A stretch of DNA of 54,590 bases from Deltaproteobacteria bacterium HGW-Deltaproteobacteria-22 (GCA_002841825.1 PHAZ01000006.1:1-54590); one strand, 5' to 3'. Positions 35,394 to 45,666 are shown, counted from the stretch's first letter. Notes: generated by a model from the letters alone, not told the origin. Program-made: numbers and translations.

Positions 35394-37931
35394 TTGTGCT
35401 ACAGTGTCGGATGCGAAGGGAGTGACGAAAAGTCCGGTTTCTACGCGACCGACGGCGACGTGCCCGACGACCAGGGGACCGACGTCCCCGACGTGCCCTG
35501 TCCGCAGGATCAGGTGTGCGGGGAGACCTGCTGCAACGCCGGCGACGAGTGCGTGTTCAACCAGTGCCTGCCCCCGTGCGAGTTCGAGCGCTGCCGCATG
35601 ACCTGCTGCGGCCAGGGCGAGGAGTGCGTCAACGAGATGCAGTGCCTGCCCGTGTGCGAAAACGAGCGCTGCGGCGACAACCTGACGGTCTGCTGCGACG
35701 AGGGCCAGCGGTGCCTCGACGGCGTGATCTGCGTGACCGAGTGCAATCTTGGCGAGACCGTCTGCGGCGGGAACCTCGACACGTGCTGCCCCATCGGCGA
35801 CCTCTGCCTCAACAACGCCTGCGTCACGCCCTCGAACATGTGCAGCGACAACTACGACTGCCCCGACGACTCGTACTACTGCGACACCAGCGTCTGGCGC
35901 TGCCTGCCGGTGGGCACCGGCGAGATCTGCTCGGGCGAGCCGACCTTCTGGCCCATCGAGCCCGTGATGGAGTGGTACTGGCCCGGCATCACCTACAACG
36001 CCGTGTTCTACGGCAACGTCATCGCCAGCCCGGCGGTGGGTGACGTCGACGGCGACGGCGTGCCCGATGTCGTCTTCCCCGTGTACGCCGGCGCCGACAT
36101 GAACAACACGCTGCTGGTGGCCCTCTCGGGCAACGGCGACGGGGCGGGCAATCCGCGGGTGCTGTTCACCATCCCCTCGGCGGCCGATCCAGTGGGCCCC
36201 AAGCCCTACCGCAGCGCCTCGGTGGCCCTGGCCAACTTCGACGACGATCCCGCGCTGGAGATCGTCTACAACATCCACGGCGGCGGCATCCGCATCGTCA
36301 AGGGCGACGGCCTGACCGAGGTCTGCGACCACAACCTCTATCCCGCCTGCACGGGCCGCCGGACCACCGGCGTGGCCGTCAACATCACCGGCGGTCCCCA
36401 TGTGTCCGACCTCGACCATGACGGCATGCCTGACATCCTCGTGTACTGCACAGCCCTCAACGGCCACGACATCTCCAACGCGGCGCTGGATTTCGCCGCG
36501 GTCGCCGGCTGCGCCTTCAACACCACGGTGGCCGATCTCAACGAGGACGGCTTCCCGGAGATCGTCGACGTGAAGAAGGCCATCACCATCAATCCTGCCA
36601 CGCCCGGCGGCATCCCCCTGTGGAGCAACGCGCTGACCCAGACCGCGGGCTTCATCGCCGTGGCCGACATCTTTCCCGATATCCCCGGTCCCGAGGTGAT
36701 CTTTGTGCGGACCAGCCTCTTCATCCTCAACGGGCGCACCGGCGCGATCCTGGTCGGCGCCGGCGGCTCGATCATCTCCACCGCCGTCGCGATCCCGGGC
36801 GGCGGCAGCGGTGGCGCGCCCACGGTGGCCGACTTCGACGGCGACGGCCTGCCCGAGATCTCGACGGCCGGTCAGGCCTTCTACGTGGTGTACGATCCCG
36901 ACTGCTGGGATCCGCCCCTTCGCACCGGCGGACTGTGCGCGTCGGGTGCCACCAACTTCATGCTCTGGCAGACCCCCACCCAGGATCTCAGTTCCTCGCA
37001 GACCGGCTCCTCCGTGTTCGATTTCCAGGGGGACGGCATCGCCGAGGTGCTGTACAACGACGAGTGCTTCTTCCACATCTACGACGGACAGACCGGCACC
37101 GAGCTCGTCGACCCGAAGATCCCCAGTTCGTCGCGCACCGACGCCGAGTACAGCCTCGTTTCCGACGTCGATGGGGACGGCAACGCCGAGATGCTGGTGA
37201 TCTCCAACGCCGACCAGGCCATCATCCGCGACAACTGCCACGTCAGTTGGAAGACCGCCGGCGTCTCCATCGACTGGCTGTGCCAGTACACCACCTGCAC
37301 CGCGGGTCCGGGCTGCACCGGCGGCATCGGCGGCACCTGCGCGGGCACCGGCTACCAGTGCGACGCCGCCGGCATCTGCCGGCAGCCCGCGGGCACCCAC
37401 GGCGTGCGCGTCTACGGGGACGCCTACGATCGCTGGGTTCGCACGCGGCCGGTCTGGGGCCAGTTCAACTACCACGTCACCGACATCGAGTCGGCCAACG
37501 GAGAGTGGAACGTGCCCCTCTACGAGCCCCACAACTGGCTCAGTTACAACAACTACCGCCAGAACGTGCAGGGAGGCGCCCTGTTCCCGGTGCCGGACCT
37601 GGCCTTGAGCGTGTCGGCCACGGTGGTCTGCCCGCGCGAGGTGCGTCTGCTCGTGGTGGTGCGCAACCTCGGGTCCATGGGCGTGCCCGCGGGCGTCGGC
37701 GTGCGGCTGGTCCGCGAGGACACGGGCACGGAGCTGGCCACGCTGACCACCGCGACCACGATCCTGCCCGGCGGGCTCGAACGCCTGCTCCACGTCTATG
37801 AGGATCTCGAGCTCAACGTGGACATGACCTTCTCGGCCTCCCTCGACGACGGCAACGTCATCGAGGAGTGCGAGGAGACCAACAACACCGCCCTCTCGGA
37901 GCCGGTCCGCTGCGAACCCCTGGGTAAATAA
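35394..37931 (+). CDS. Cys-rich + FG-GAP/VCBS-repeat + CARDB-like surface protein (start uncertain)
   Basis: N-terminal CC-containing repeats; eight DxDxDG-type motifs (e.g. GDVDGDG, ADFDGDG, FDFQGDG); C-terminal VRNLG...LPGG...EECEETNN. Confidence 0.85.
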   Translation: MCYSVGCEGSDEKSGFYATDGDVPDDQGTDVPDVPCPQDQVCGETCCNAGDECVFNQCLPPCEFERCRMTCCGQGEECVNEMQCLPVCENERCGDNLTVCCDEGQRCLDGVICVTECNLGETVCGGNLDTCCPIGDLCLNNACVTPSNMCSDNYDCPDDSYYCDTSVWRCLPVGTGEICSGEPTFWPIEPVMEWYWPGITYNAVFYGNVIASPAVGDVDGDGVPDVVFPVYAGADMNNTLLVALSGNGDGAGNPRVLFTIPSAADPVGPKPYRSASVALANFDDDPALEIVYNIHGGGIRIVKGDGLTEVCDHNLYPACTGRRTTGVAVNITGGPHVSDLDHDGMPDILVYCTALNGHDISNAALDFAAVAGCAFNTTVADLNEDGFPEIVDVKKAITINPATPGGIPLWSNALTQTAGFIAVADIFPDIPGPEVIFVRTSLFILNGRTGAILVGAGGSIISTAVAIPGGGSGGAPTVADFDGDGLPEISTAGQAFYVVYDPDCWDPPLRTGGLCASGATNFMLWQTPTQDLSSSQTGSSVFDFQGDGIAEVLYNDECFFHIYDGQTGTELVDPKIPSSSRTDAEYSLVSDVDGDGNAEMLVISNADQAIIRDNCHVSWKTAGVSIDWLCQYTTCTAGPGCTGGIGGTCAGTGYQCDAAGICRQPAGTHGVRVYGDAYDRWVRTRPVWGQFNYHVTDIESANGEWNVPLYEPHNWLSYNNYRQNVQGGALFPVPDLALSVSATVVCPREVRLLVVVRNLGSMGVPAGVGVRLVREDTGTELATLTTATTILPGGLERLLHVYEDLELNVDMTFSASLDDGNVIEECEETNNTALSEPVRCEPLGK

Positions 37932-37940
37932 TAAGAAAAA

Positions 37941-38411
37941 TCAATCATCATCCTGGATCATGGAGATGGCCGCCAGGCAGAACAGGGCGCCGATGGTGAA
38001 GGCGGCCATGGACAGGTAGTCGGTGGGCCTCCAGGGGCCCTTCACCCGTGCGTCGACCTCAAGGTAGTCAACCGTTTCAATCTTCAGCCGTGTCGACGAT
38101 TTTTTCCCCTTCAGGGTGAGCGTGTCCGGAGTGAGCGCGGCGGTGAATGGAACCGGGATTGGAACGGCCATCCGATCCTTCGTGATGACCCGCAACCTCG
38201 TGACGGACTCCACGATCAGTGGCCCGGTCCCCTTGGAGTGGAGCGTCTCACCGAGGGGATGCCGGACCCGCGCCAGCTTCTCCACCTGCCCGATCTCCGT
38301 GACCGGCACGCTCAGCCGGGTGGGCCGGATGCTCGAGCACGAGGCCAGCAGGAGCAGCGCCAGCAAGACACCGCAGTTTTTTTTCACACTGTGCGAAATT
38401 GGTTCGTTCAT
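37941..38411 (-). CDS. Hypothetical lipoprotein with C-terminal hydrophobic helix
   Basis: LLALLLLASC lipobox; C-terminal LSMAAFTIGALFCLAAI. Confidence 0.6.
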   Translation of the reverse strand: MNEPISHSVKKNCGVLLALLLLASCSSIRPTRLSVPVTEIGQVEKLARVRHPLGETLHSKGTGPLIVESVTRLRVITKDRMAVPIPVPFTAALTPDTLTLKGKKSSTRLKIETVDYLEVDARVKGPWRPTDYLSMAAFTIGALFCLAAISMIQDDD

Positions 38412-38426
38412 GACGCACTCCCCGGG

Positions 38427-39410
38427 TCAAAAGTTGAAGCCGCACACGATGGCGAACGACACACGGATGATGGTCCTGGTCACGTCGGTGCGCATCTCGA
38501 AGCCCAGTCGCATCGGGGCGGTCCGCTTGACCAGTTGCAGCGTCACCCGCCCCCCGTACTCCGCCGGCGTGCCCTCGCGATACTCCACGCGAATGGGCTC
38601 CACCTGCACGCCCACCGGCAGTGCTGATGGCGCATATTGATAAAATAGACCTGTCGGGTTGTACATGGACCATACCTGCTCGTGGTAGTCCCTGTTGTTG
38701 TCAAAGGTCGGCTCCTGCCACCCGATCAGCCGGAACAGGCTGATGCCGGCCACATGATCCCCATGAATATGGAAGCCCAGGCGCACGGACAGTTCGATTC
38801 CCCAACGCAGGGGGTCGTCCAGGCGGCTGTCCTGTCGTGCATACATCTGGGTGGCCTGGGTAAACAGGAAGTTGGTCTCGACATAAAAACCCGGCACAGG
38901 GAAGCCCGGCTCAGGCAGTTCAAGCGGCTCGGGCCAGTCTTTGCTCCGAGCGCGGATCCCGGGCAGCAGGTGATCGAACTTTCCAGGGGGCGGAACGACC
39001 GGCCTGGGCACGAGATTGGAGCGGTAGAAATAGGCATGGATCGGCCGCGTGGTCGGCAGCACGCGATCGTTCAGGATCTCGAATCCGTCCACGGACTCCG
39101 GGAGTTTCATCTTCTGCACGATCACCCAATGATCATCCGCGCCCACGCGCAGGATCCAGAGCCCGTGCGTTCCCATCGCCAGGATGGCGTGATCGGCGAG
39201 GCGCTTGGCTTTTCTGGGAATCTGCGGCAACTTCACCCGGTCCACCTCCCGATTCTTGAGCAACAGGACCAGGGCACGCGGGGCCATTCCAATGCGGAGG
39301 CCATCCGGGAGCGGCCGGGGAGAGACCTCGATTTGGACGCGATCATCGGCGGCCGGGGTGGCGGGTCCGGCCGGGGAGGCGATCAGGAGCAGGAGGATCA
39401 GGCAGGGCAT
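38427..39410 (-). CDS. Hypothetical exported protein; beta-strand-rich C-terminus ending in Phe
   Basis: GAGGT RBS, signal MPCLILLLLIASPA; alternating hydrophobic strands, terminal ...CGFNF. Confidence 0.6.
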   Translation of the reverse strand: MPCLILLLLIASPAGPATPAADDRVQIEVSPRPLPDGLRIGMAPRALVLLLKNREVDRVKLPQIPRKAKRLADHAILAMGTHGLWILRVGADDHWVIVQKMKLPESVDGFEILNDRVLPTTRPIHAYFYRSNLVPRPVVPPPGKFDHLLPGIRARSKDWPEPLELPEPGFPVPGFYVETNFLFTQATQMYARQDSRLDDPLRWGIELSVRLGFHIHGDHVAGISLFRLIGWQEPTFDNNRDYHEQVWSMYNPTGLFYQYAPSALPVGVQVEPIRVEYREGTPAEYGGRVTLQLVKRTAPMRLGFEMRTDVTRTIIRVSFAIVCGFNF

Positions 39411-39515
39411 GGAAACACCTCGCAATGGGAGAATCCAGAGCAATTCGCGTGCCGAATCATAGGAAGCCCCTTGTGCGCCAGGAGATCTTGTCGGCGTCGA
39501 TGACGCTGCAGGCGA

Positions 39516-41126
39516 TCACCTTCGTCGGTGGCTGCCCGGCCGGCCGGGGGCGATGGGGCGCAGCAGCCGCGGCAGCTCCCAGGACAGCGTCAGCGGATGG
39601 TAGTAGTGCACCGAGCCGCTCTGGCGCAGCAACTCAAGCACCGGGCCGAGCTTGATCTGCCACTCGAGATCGAGGAGGTCGCGGCCGTGGGGCCGCAGGG
39701 TCAACTGGCTCTCGTCGAGCAGCATCCAATGGAAGCGGACGCCCTTTTTGGCGAGGTGGCTCAACTGGGCCGCCAGCGGGGCCGTCTCGGGGAGGGGATC
39801 CCACGGCGAAAACACGACCACATGGGGCGCCGGGGCCCGGCGCAGGCTCTCGAACAGGTGGGACAGTCCGCTGGCGCGCGGCGCTCGCGTGGGCATCTCG
39901 AGGCCGGTGTAGGCGCAGCACTGTTCGAGGGCGCGGTCGGGATCCGTGGTGGAGAGCTCCAGGGCCTGCAGCCCCTGGATGCGCGGGAGCCGCGCCATGA
40001 TCCGGCCGATCTGCTCGCAGCGATCCTCGGGCTCGGGCGGCAGCAGCTCGGGCGTGCCGACCCCGAACACCCAGAGCACCCAGGCACGGAAGCGCTCCCA
40101 GCGCTCCTCCCAGGACAGGCGGGCCGAGACCGGTGTGCGGTAGCGGAACCGGACCAGATCCTGCAGGCCGTCGCGGATGCGCGGATGGCGCGAGTGCCAC
40201 ACGCCGTCCTCGTGGAAGCCAGCCAGTCCCACGGGAGCCTGGGCCTGCTGAAGGCTGTGGAACAGCAGCGGAAGCCCGGCGGCGTAGTGGTCGAACGGGC
40301 TGTAGCCGGCGACCCCGGAGAAGGTGGACGGGCTCAGGTCGACCTGGACGGACCACTTCCCGACCACCACCGGGATCGACAACTGGATGATGTATTTCTG
40401 CTGGCGAAGGGAAGCCGAGGGGATGATCGCCCGGGGAGGGTCGCCCGGGGAGAACGGCCGCAGTTCGGCGAACTCGCCGTCCTGTCCGGGGATGGGTCGA
40501 CGATCAGGCTGGGTCTGCTCGACCTGCGGGTGCTTGCGGAGGAACTGCGCGGCCGCGGGCTGGGCGTGCAGCATCAGGGGCAGGCTCAGCACGTATTCGC
40601 GCGGGGCCGCCCCCAGGGGCGCGCGGATCACGATCGAGAAGCCGTAGAACCAGACGGGCCCCGGCCGCACCGGGATCAGTTCGACCTCGAAGGGCAGCTC
40701 GCAGGCCGCCGGGATGTCGAAGCGGAAGTGTCCGGCGCTGGAGAGGCCCGGGCAGAAGCGCGTCTCCAGGCTCACGCTGCCCAGAGGGATGGGCAGGTGG
40801 TGCTCCAGCCGGCAACGGATCACGAACGGGCGCCCGACGACCAGGTCATCCTCGGGTGGGATCACCATGCCGCGCAGGGGATCCTCGTGGAGCGACGAGA
40901 ACAGCATGCGCTCGCGCAGCCGGATCCATCCGGCCCAGGCGAAAGGGATCAGCCCCGGAACCAGCAGGTCCGCGCGCAGCAGCACGGCGCCGGCGGCCAG
41001 GAACACCAGACCCCCCAGGGTGAGCATGGTCAAGCTCGGCGCGCCCGGATCGGCGTGGGCCGATTTTTCCCTCCGGGGTGCCTGCTCCCTCCCCGCGCCG
41101 GACAGGGGATCGGAGAACGGGCTCAT
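39516..41126 (-). CDS. DUF58-domain protein with N-terminal TM segments
   Basis: GEFAELRPFSPGDPPRAI..SASLR matches the DUF58 pattern; ATGA-coupled to moxR. Confidence 0.8.
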   Translation of the reverse strand: MSPFSDPLSGAGREQAPRREKSAHADPGAPSLTMLTLGGLVFLAAGAVLLRADLLVPGLIPFAWAGWIRLRERMLFSSLHEDPLRGMVIPPEDDLVVGRPFVIRCRLEHHLPIPLGSVSLETRFCPGLSSAGHFRFDIPAACELPFEVELIPVRPGPVWFYGFSIVIRAPLGAAPREYVLSLPLMLHAQPAAAQFLRKHPQVEQTQPDRRPIPGQDGEFAELRPFSPGDPPRAIIPSASLRQQKYIIQLSIPVVVGKWSVQVDLSPSTFSGVAGYSPFDHYAAGLPLLFHSLQQAQAPVGLAGFHEDGVWHSRHPRIRDGLQDLVRFRYRTPVSARLSWEERWERFRAWVLWVFGVGTPELLPPEPEDRCEQIGRIMARLPRIQGLQALELSTTDPDRALEQCCAYTGLEMPTRAPRASGLSHLFESLRRAPAPHVVVFSPWDPLPETAPLAAQLSHLAKKGVRFHWMLLDESQLTLRPHGRDLLDLEWQIKLGPVLELLRQSGSVHYYHPLTLSWELPRLLRPIAPGRPGSHRRR

Positions 41127-42061
41127 ATCAGATCGAGATCCTGGATCAGTCTATGCACGATGCTCTCGGGGGTGACGCCGCGGTTCTCGGCCTCATAGGA
41201 CAGCCTCAACCGGTGGCCCAGCACCGGGATCGCCAGCGCGCGCACGTCCTCGGGGGTGGCGAAGTCGCGCCCCTGCAGCACGGCCCTGGCCTTGGACGCG
41301 CGCAGCAGCGCGAGCCCGGCGCGTGGCGAGGCGCCCAGCTCCAGTTGCGGATGCCGGCGCGTCGCACGCACCAGCGACAGGGCATAGCGCATCAGCGGCT
41401 CGGAGACCTGCACCCGCTCGACGAGGGCCTGGGTCTCCACCAGTTGGGCGGCCGAGAACAGCGGCGCCGGCAGCGGAGGGATCACGTGATGGGCGTGCAT
41501 CATGGAGAGCTCCTGCTCCCGATCGGGATAACCGAGGCGGATCCGGATCAGGAAGCGGTCGATGGTGGCCTCCGGCAGCAAAAACGTGCCCGCGCTCTCC
41601 TGGGGGTTCTGGGTGGCCAGCACGAAGAACGGCTCGTAAAGTGCGTAGGTGGTTCCGTCCACGGTGACGCGGTTCTCCTCGAGGGCCTCGAGCAGGGCCG
41701 CCTGGGTCTTGGCCGGCGCGCGGTTGATCTCGTCGGCGAGCAGGACCTGGGTGAACAGGGGCCCGGGGATGAACTTCTGGGACTGGAAGTCCGGGCCGGG
41801 GATCCGCATGCCGGTGATGTCCGACGGCAGCAGGTCGGGCGTGAACTGGATGCGCTTGGCCGACAGCCCCAGCAACGCAGCGTAGTACCGCGCCAGGGTC
41901 GTCTTGGCCACGCCGGGCACGCCCTCGAGCAGGATGTGGCCTCGCGCCAGCAGGGTGATGCAGATCTCCTGGACGATGGACTCGGGCCCGAAATAATACT
42001 TTTTCATCTCCTGCTGGAGACGGGCGAATTGCGCTTGAATGTCAACAAGATTCAATACCAT
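41123..42061 (-). CDS. moxR: MoxR-family AAA+ ATPase
   Basis: HILLEGVPGVAKT, RIQFTPDLLPSDITG, LADEINRAPAKTQAALLE, ATQNP, GASPRA; start may be a few codons upstream. Confidence 0.93.
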   Translation of the reverse strand: MVLNLVDIQAQFARLQQEMKKYYFGPESIVQEICITLLARGHILLEGVPGVAKTTLARYYAALLGLSAKRIQFTPDLLPSDITGMRIPGPDFQSQKFIPGPLFTQVLLADEINRAPAKTQAALLEALEENRVTVDGTTYALYEPFFVLATQNPQESAGTFLLPEATIDRFLIRIRLGYPDREQELSMMHAHHVIPPLPAPLFSAAQLVETQALVERVQVSEPLMRYALSLVRATRRHPQLELGASPRAGLALLRASKARAVLQGRDFATPEDVRALAIPVLGHRLRLSYEAENRGVTPESIVHRLIQDLDLI

Positions 42062-42260
42062 ATGATTCACCAATGGCCCATCCTGAGCCCAGGTTCCAGC
42101 GCCGGGTGCCAGAATACGTTGTTCCCGCACGGCGCCTTCCATTGATAGTTGAATTCAGGCGGTTTGGCGAGGCCAAAGTGCTGCAGGACCGGCGCAGGTT
42201 CCGGGCCGTGTACGCAGGTATTGCTTGCAGCAAAAGGGGTTTTGCGGTATGGCACCATCT

Positions 42261-43151
42261 ATGTCCGATGTCATTCACTTTACCGCCGTCATTCCGGCTG
42301 CAGGAATCGGGAGCCGTCTGCTGCCGGCCACCAAGGCCATTCCCAAGGAACTCCTTCCCATCGTGGACACGCCCGCGATCCAGTATCTGGTCGACGAGAT
42401 CGTCGCCTCCGGGATCTCGCGGATCGTGTTCATCACGGCCAAGGGAAAGGAGGCCATCATCGACCACTTCGACTCCGCGCCGGATCTGGAGGCGCTGCTG
42501 GCCGGTCGCAACAAGCTCGACCTGCTCGAGAAGGTGACCGCCCCCACGCATATGGCTGAGTATGTGGCCGTGCGGCAGGAGCGGCCCCTGGGGCTCGGAC
42601 ACGCGGTCCTGATGGCCAAGAAGGTCGTAGGCGACACGCCGTTCGCGGTGCTCCTGCCCGACGATCTGATCGACGCGAAGCGGCCGGCGCTTCGTCAGTT
42701 GATGGACGTGTACGAGGCGCGCCACCCCCACGGAGTGCTCGCCTTGATGGAGGTGCCCGATGAGGACGTGTCCAAGTACGGCATCGTCGCCGGGCACATG
42801 CTCGACGACCGCGTGATGGAGATCACCGGCATCGTCGAAAAACCCTCGATCGAGGCCGCGCCCTCGCATTTTGCGGTCATCGGGCGCTATGTGCTGCACC
42901 CGGACACGTTCCTGCACCTGGAGCGGATTCCCCGCGGCGCCGGTGGCGAGATCCAGCTCACCGACGCCCTCGCGGAGCTGGTGCGCACCGGAAAGACCCT
43001 TCTCGGATGCCTGTTCGAGGGGCGTCGTCACGACACCGGGGATGTGTTCGGCTATCTCGAGGCGAACATACATTATGCGATGAAGCACCCCGATCTGGCC
43101 AGGAAGCTGCGCGCCAGCCTTCCCGAGTGGTTGGAAGAACCCACCCTGTGA
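42261..43151 (+). CDS. galU: UTP--glucose-1-phosphate uridylyltransferase
   Basis: AVIPAAG.GSRLLPATKAIPKELLPIVD, RQ..PLGLGHA, LLPDD, VEKP, GEIQLTDA. Confidence 0.95.
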   Translation: MSDVIHFTAVIPAAGIGSRLLPATKAIPKELLPIVDTPAIQYLVDEIVASGISRIVFITAKGKEAIIDHFDSAPDLEALLAGRNKLDLLEKVTAPTHMAEYVAVRQERPLGLGHAVLMAKKVVGDTPFAVLLPDDLIDAKRPALRQLMDVYEARHPHGVLALMEVPDEDVSKYGIVAGHMLDDRVMEITGIVEKPSIEAAPSHFAVIGRYVLHPDTFLHLERIPRGAGGEIQLTDALAELVRTGKTLLGCLFEGRRHDTGDVFGYLEANIHYAMKHPDLARKLRASLPEWLEEPTL

Positions 43152-43164
43152 CCGGCTCCTCCCC

Positions 43165-45537
43165 ATGACCCGCCGGCTCGTCTCCGTGGGCGTCCCCGTC
43201 CCGCTCCACCAGACCTTCACCTACCACTGTGACGGCACCCCGCCGCCGCCGGGGACCCGTGTCTTCGTGCGCTTCGGCGGTCGCCGCCTGATCGGCATCG
43301 TGCTGCCCGGGACGCCGACGTTTGACGGTGTCACCGTCCCCCTCGGGGAGATCGTGGATCCGGTGCCCGTGTTCACGCCTCCGGTGCTGCGTTCCCTCGT
43401 CTGGGCGGCGGGGTACTACCACCACCCCATCGGTGAGGTGCTGCGGTCGGCCCACCCCCAGCTCGACGAGATCCGCACGCGCCGCCGCTTCCGGGCGATC
43501 CTGCCGCCGAAGAACGACTACACCGGCTGGGTCGACCCGTGGACGGGCCCGCTGAGCCACATCCGGCCGGGAAACCTCTACGACAAGAAGACGTTCCATC
43601 GCGCCGGCAAAAACGATGCCTGGATCCAGAAGGCCTGCGCCGCCGGGTGGCTCGTGGCCGAGGAGGACGAACAGAACCGACGCGTCGGCGCCGTGGTCGC
43701 GATCACGGCCGTGGAGGAGCCCGACGGCGAGGCACTCGACCTGCTGCGTCGCCGTCCCGTGCGCTTTCACCTGTACTGCCAGCTGGCCGAGACGGCCCTG
43801 CCGGTTCCGGTCTCCGACGTGCTGCGCGAGCATCCGAACGCGCAGCCCCACCTGGCCGCGCTGCGCAAGGAGAACCTGATCCGGATGGAGAAGGTGACCA
43901 CCCTCGCCGCGCCTGCGGATCCCTTTGCCCAGCTGCCCGAGTGTGCCCCCGAGCCCACCCTCACCGCGCAGCAGCGGGAGGCCGTGGAGCTGGTCCGAAG
44001 CCACGCCACGGGTTTTGCTCCCTTCCTGCTCGAGGGCGTGACCGGCTCGGGCAAGACCGAGGTGTACCTGCAGGTGCTGCGCGGTGTGCTCGGCCGCGGC
44101 CAGGGCGCGGTGATCATCGTGCCCGAGATCGCGCTCACGCCGCAGCTGGCCTCGCGCTTTGAGGCGCGCTTCCCCGGTCAGGTGTCGGTGCTGCATTCGG
44201 CCCAGCCTGCGGCCGTCCGTGCGCGGGAGTGGCGCGCGCTGGCCTCCGGACAGAAGCGGATCGCCCTGGGCGCCCGATCGGCGGTGTTCGCTCCGGTCCC
44301 CGCCGTCGGCCTCATCGTGGTCGACGAGGAGCACGACGCCTCCTTCAAGCAGGAGGACGGCTTCCTCTACAACGCACGTGACTTCGCGCTGGTCCGGGCC
44401 AGGGAGGAGGGCTGCCCCATCGTGCTCGGGAGCGCCACGCCCTCCATGGAGGCCCGCGCGCTGGCTGGCAAGGGCCGCTGGGGTCACTTCCGCCTCACCC
44501 ACCGGCCCGTGGCGCGTCCGATGCCCGCGGTGCAGTGCGTCGACCTGCGCGTCTTCGACAGCCGCGACCTGATCACGGCGCCCCTGGCCGTCGCCCTCGC
44601 GGAGAACCTGGCCGCCGGTGGTCAGAGCATCCTGTTCCTGAACCGCCGGGGCTTCTCCGGGCGGCTGCAGTGCGCCGTCTGCGGCACGGTCGAGGAGTGT
44701 CCGCACTGCGCGGTGTCGCTGACCCTGCACCAGGCGCAGAAGAGCCTGGTCTGCCATTATTGCGGGACCCGCAAACCGCTGCCGGTGCGCTGCGCCTGCG
44801 GCGGCGAGTTCGTGCAGGCGCGCGAGGGCGTCGAGCAGGTCACCGGCGCGCTGCAGGAGCGCTTCCCGACCGCGCGCATCGCCCGGCTGGATCGCGATTC
44901 TACGCGCTTTGCCGGACTGGTCCGCCTGCTCGACCGCATGCGTGCCGGCGAGATCGACATCCTCGTGGGCACGCAGATGATCGTGAAGGGTCACGACTTT
45001 CCCGGCGTCACCCTGGTGGGGGTCCTCGACGCCGATCACAGCCTGTTCTTCCAGGACTTCCGGGCGGCCGAGCGGACGTTCCAGCTGCTGGTGCAGGTCG
45101 CCGGGCGCGCGGGCCGGGGGGACCAGCAGGGCCGGGTCCTGGTGCAGACGCGCCGGCCGGATCATCATGCGATCTACTTCGCCGCGGCGCAGGACGTCGA
45201 CGGCTTCGCCCGTCGCGAGGAGATGGCCCGCCGGGAGTTGAAATATCCACCATTCGGCCACCTGGTGCTGTTGCGGCTGCAGTCCGCCGATGAGACGCTG
45301 CTGGCGAACCAGGCCGAGGCGTTGGCCGCGTCCCTGCGCGGCGACGCCGGGACCGTGGAGGTGCTCGGCCCTGTCCCTGCCCCGATCTCCCGCATCCGCA
45401 ACGTCTTCCGCCACCAGATCCTGCTCAAGTGCACCGACCGCAAGGCCCTCCACGCCCTGGTCCGCCGTGCGGCGGCCTTCGAGCTCCCCACAGGCGTCAC
45501 CTGCCGCCCGGACGTGGATCCCCAGAACATGCTGTAG
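43165..45537 (+). CDS. priA: Primosomal protein N'
   Basis: GVTGSGKTEVY, PEIALTPQ, VDEEHD.SFKQ, SATPS, Cys-rich zinc region, GTQM..KG.DF, QVAGRAGR. Confidence 0.95.
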   Translation: MTRRLVSVGVPVPLHQTFTYHCDGTPPPPGTRVFVRFGGRRLIGIVLPGTPTFDGVTVPLGEIVDPVPVFTPPVLRSLVWAAGYYHHPIGEVLRSAHPQLDEIRTRRRFRAILPPKNDYTGWVDPWTGPLSHIRPGNLYDKKTFHRAGKNDAWIQKACAAGWLVAEEDEQNRRVGAVVAITAVEEPDGEALDLLRRRPVRFHLYCQLAETALPVPVSDVLREHPNAQPHLAALRKENLIRMEKVTTLAAPADPFAQLPECAPEPTLTAQQREAVELVRSHATGFAPFLLEGVTGSGKTEVYLQVLRGVLGRGQGAVIIVPEIALTPQLASRFEARFPGQVSVLHSAQPAAVRAREWRALASGQKRIALGARSAVFAPVPAVGLIVVDEEHDASFKQEDGFLYNARDFALVRAREEGCPIVLGSATPSMEARALAGKGRWGHFRLTHRPVARPMPAVQCVDLRVFDSRDLITAPLAVALAENLAAGGQSILFLNRRGFSGRLQCAVCGTVEECPHCAVSLTLHQAQKSLVCHYCGTRKPLPVRCACGGEFVQAREGVEQVTGALQERFPTARIARLDRDSTRFAGLVRLLDRMRAGEIDILVGTQMIVKGHDFPGVTLVGVLDADHSLFFQDFRAAERTFQLLVQVAGRAGRGDQQGRVLVQTRRPDHHAIYFAAAQDVDGFARREEMARRELKYPPFGHLVLLRLQSADETLLANQAEALAASLRGDAGTVEVLGPVPAPISRIRNVFRHQILLKCTDRKALHALVRRAAAFELPTGVTCRPDVDPQNML

Positions 45538-45637
45538 TGACGCCGGAGCCCGTGCATTTCCGTCGGGATGTTTTGCGCTCGCCGCAAGTCACACAGGTTC
45601 CGGGACAGGGCAAAATCCCCGGCAGGCCAAATCTGTG

Positions 45638-45666
45638 TTGACACCCCGGGCCTCCACGGGGATACT
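45638..45666 (+). promoter_or_regulatory. Sigma70-type promoter upstream of the FGGY kinase
   Basis: TTGACA (45638-45643), 17-nt spacer, GATACT (45661-45666). Confidence 0.65.

Noticed and set aside
26564-36120. GCTGGTGG (E. coli Chi) occurrences in and near recCBD
   Set aside because: Expected by chance in GC-rich Leu-Val codons, and Chi is lineage-specific
44785-44805. Last PriA zinc knuckle reads CAC rather than CxxC
   Set aside because: A minor variant with both Cys present; all helicase motifs are intact
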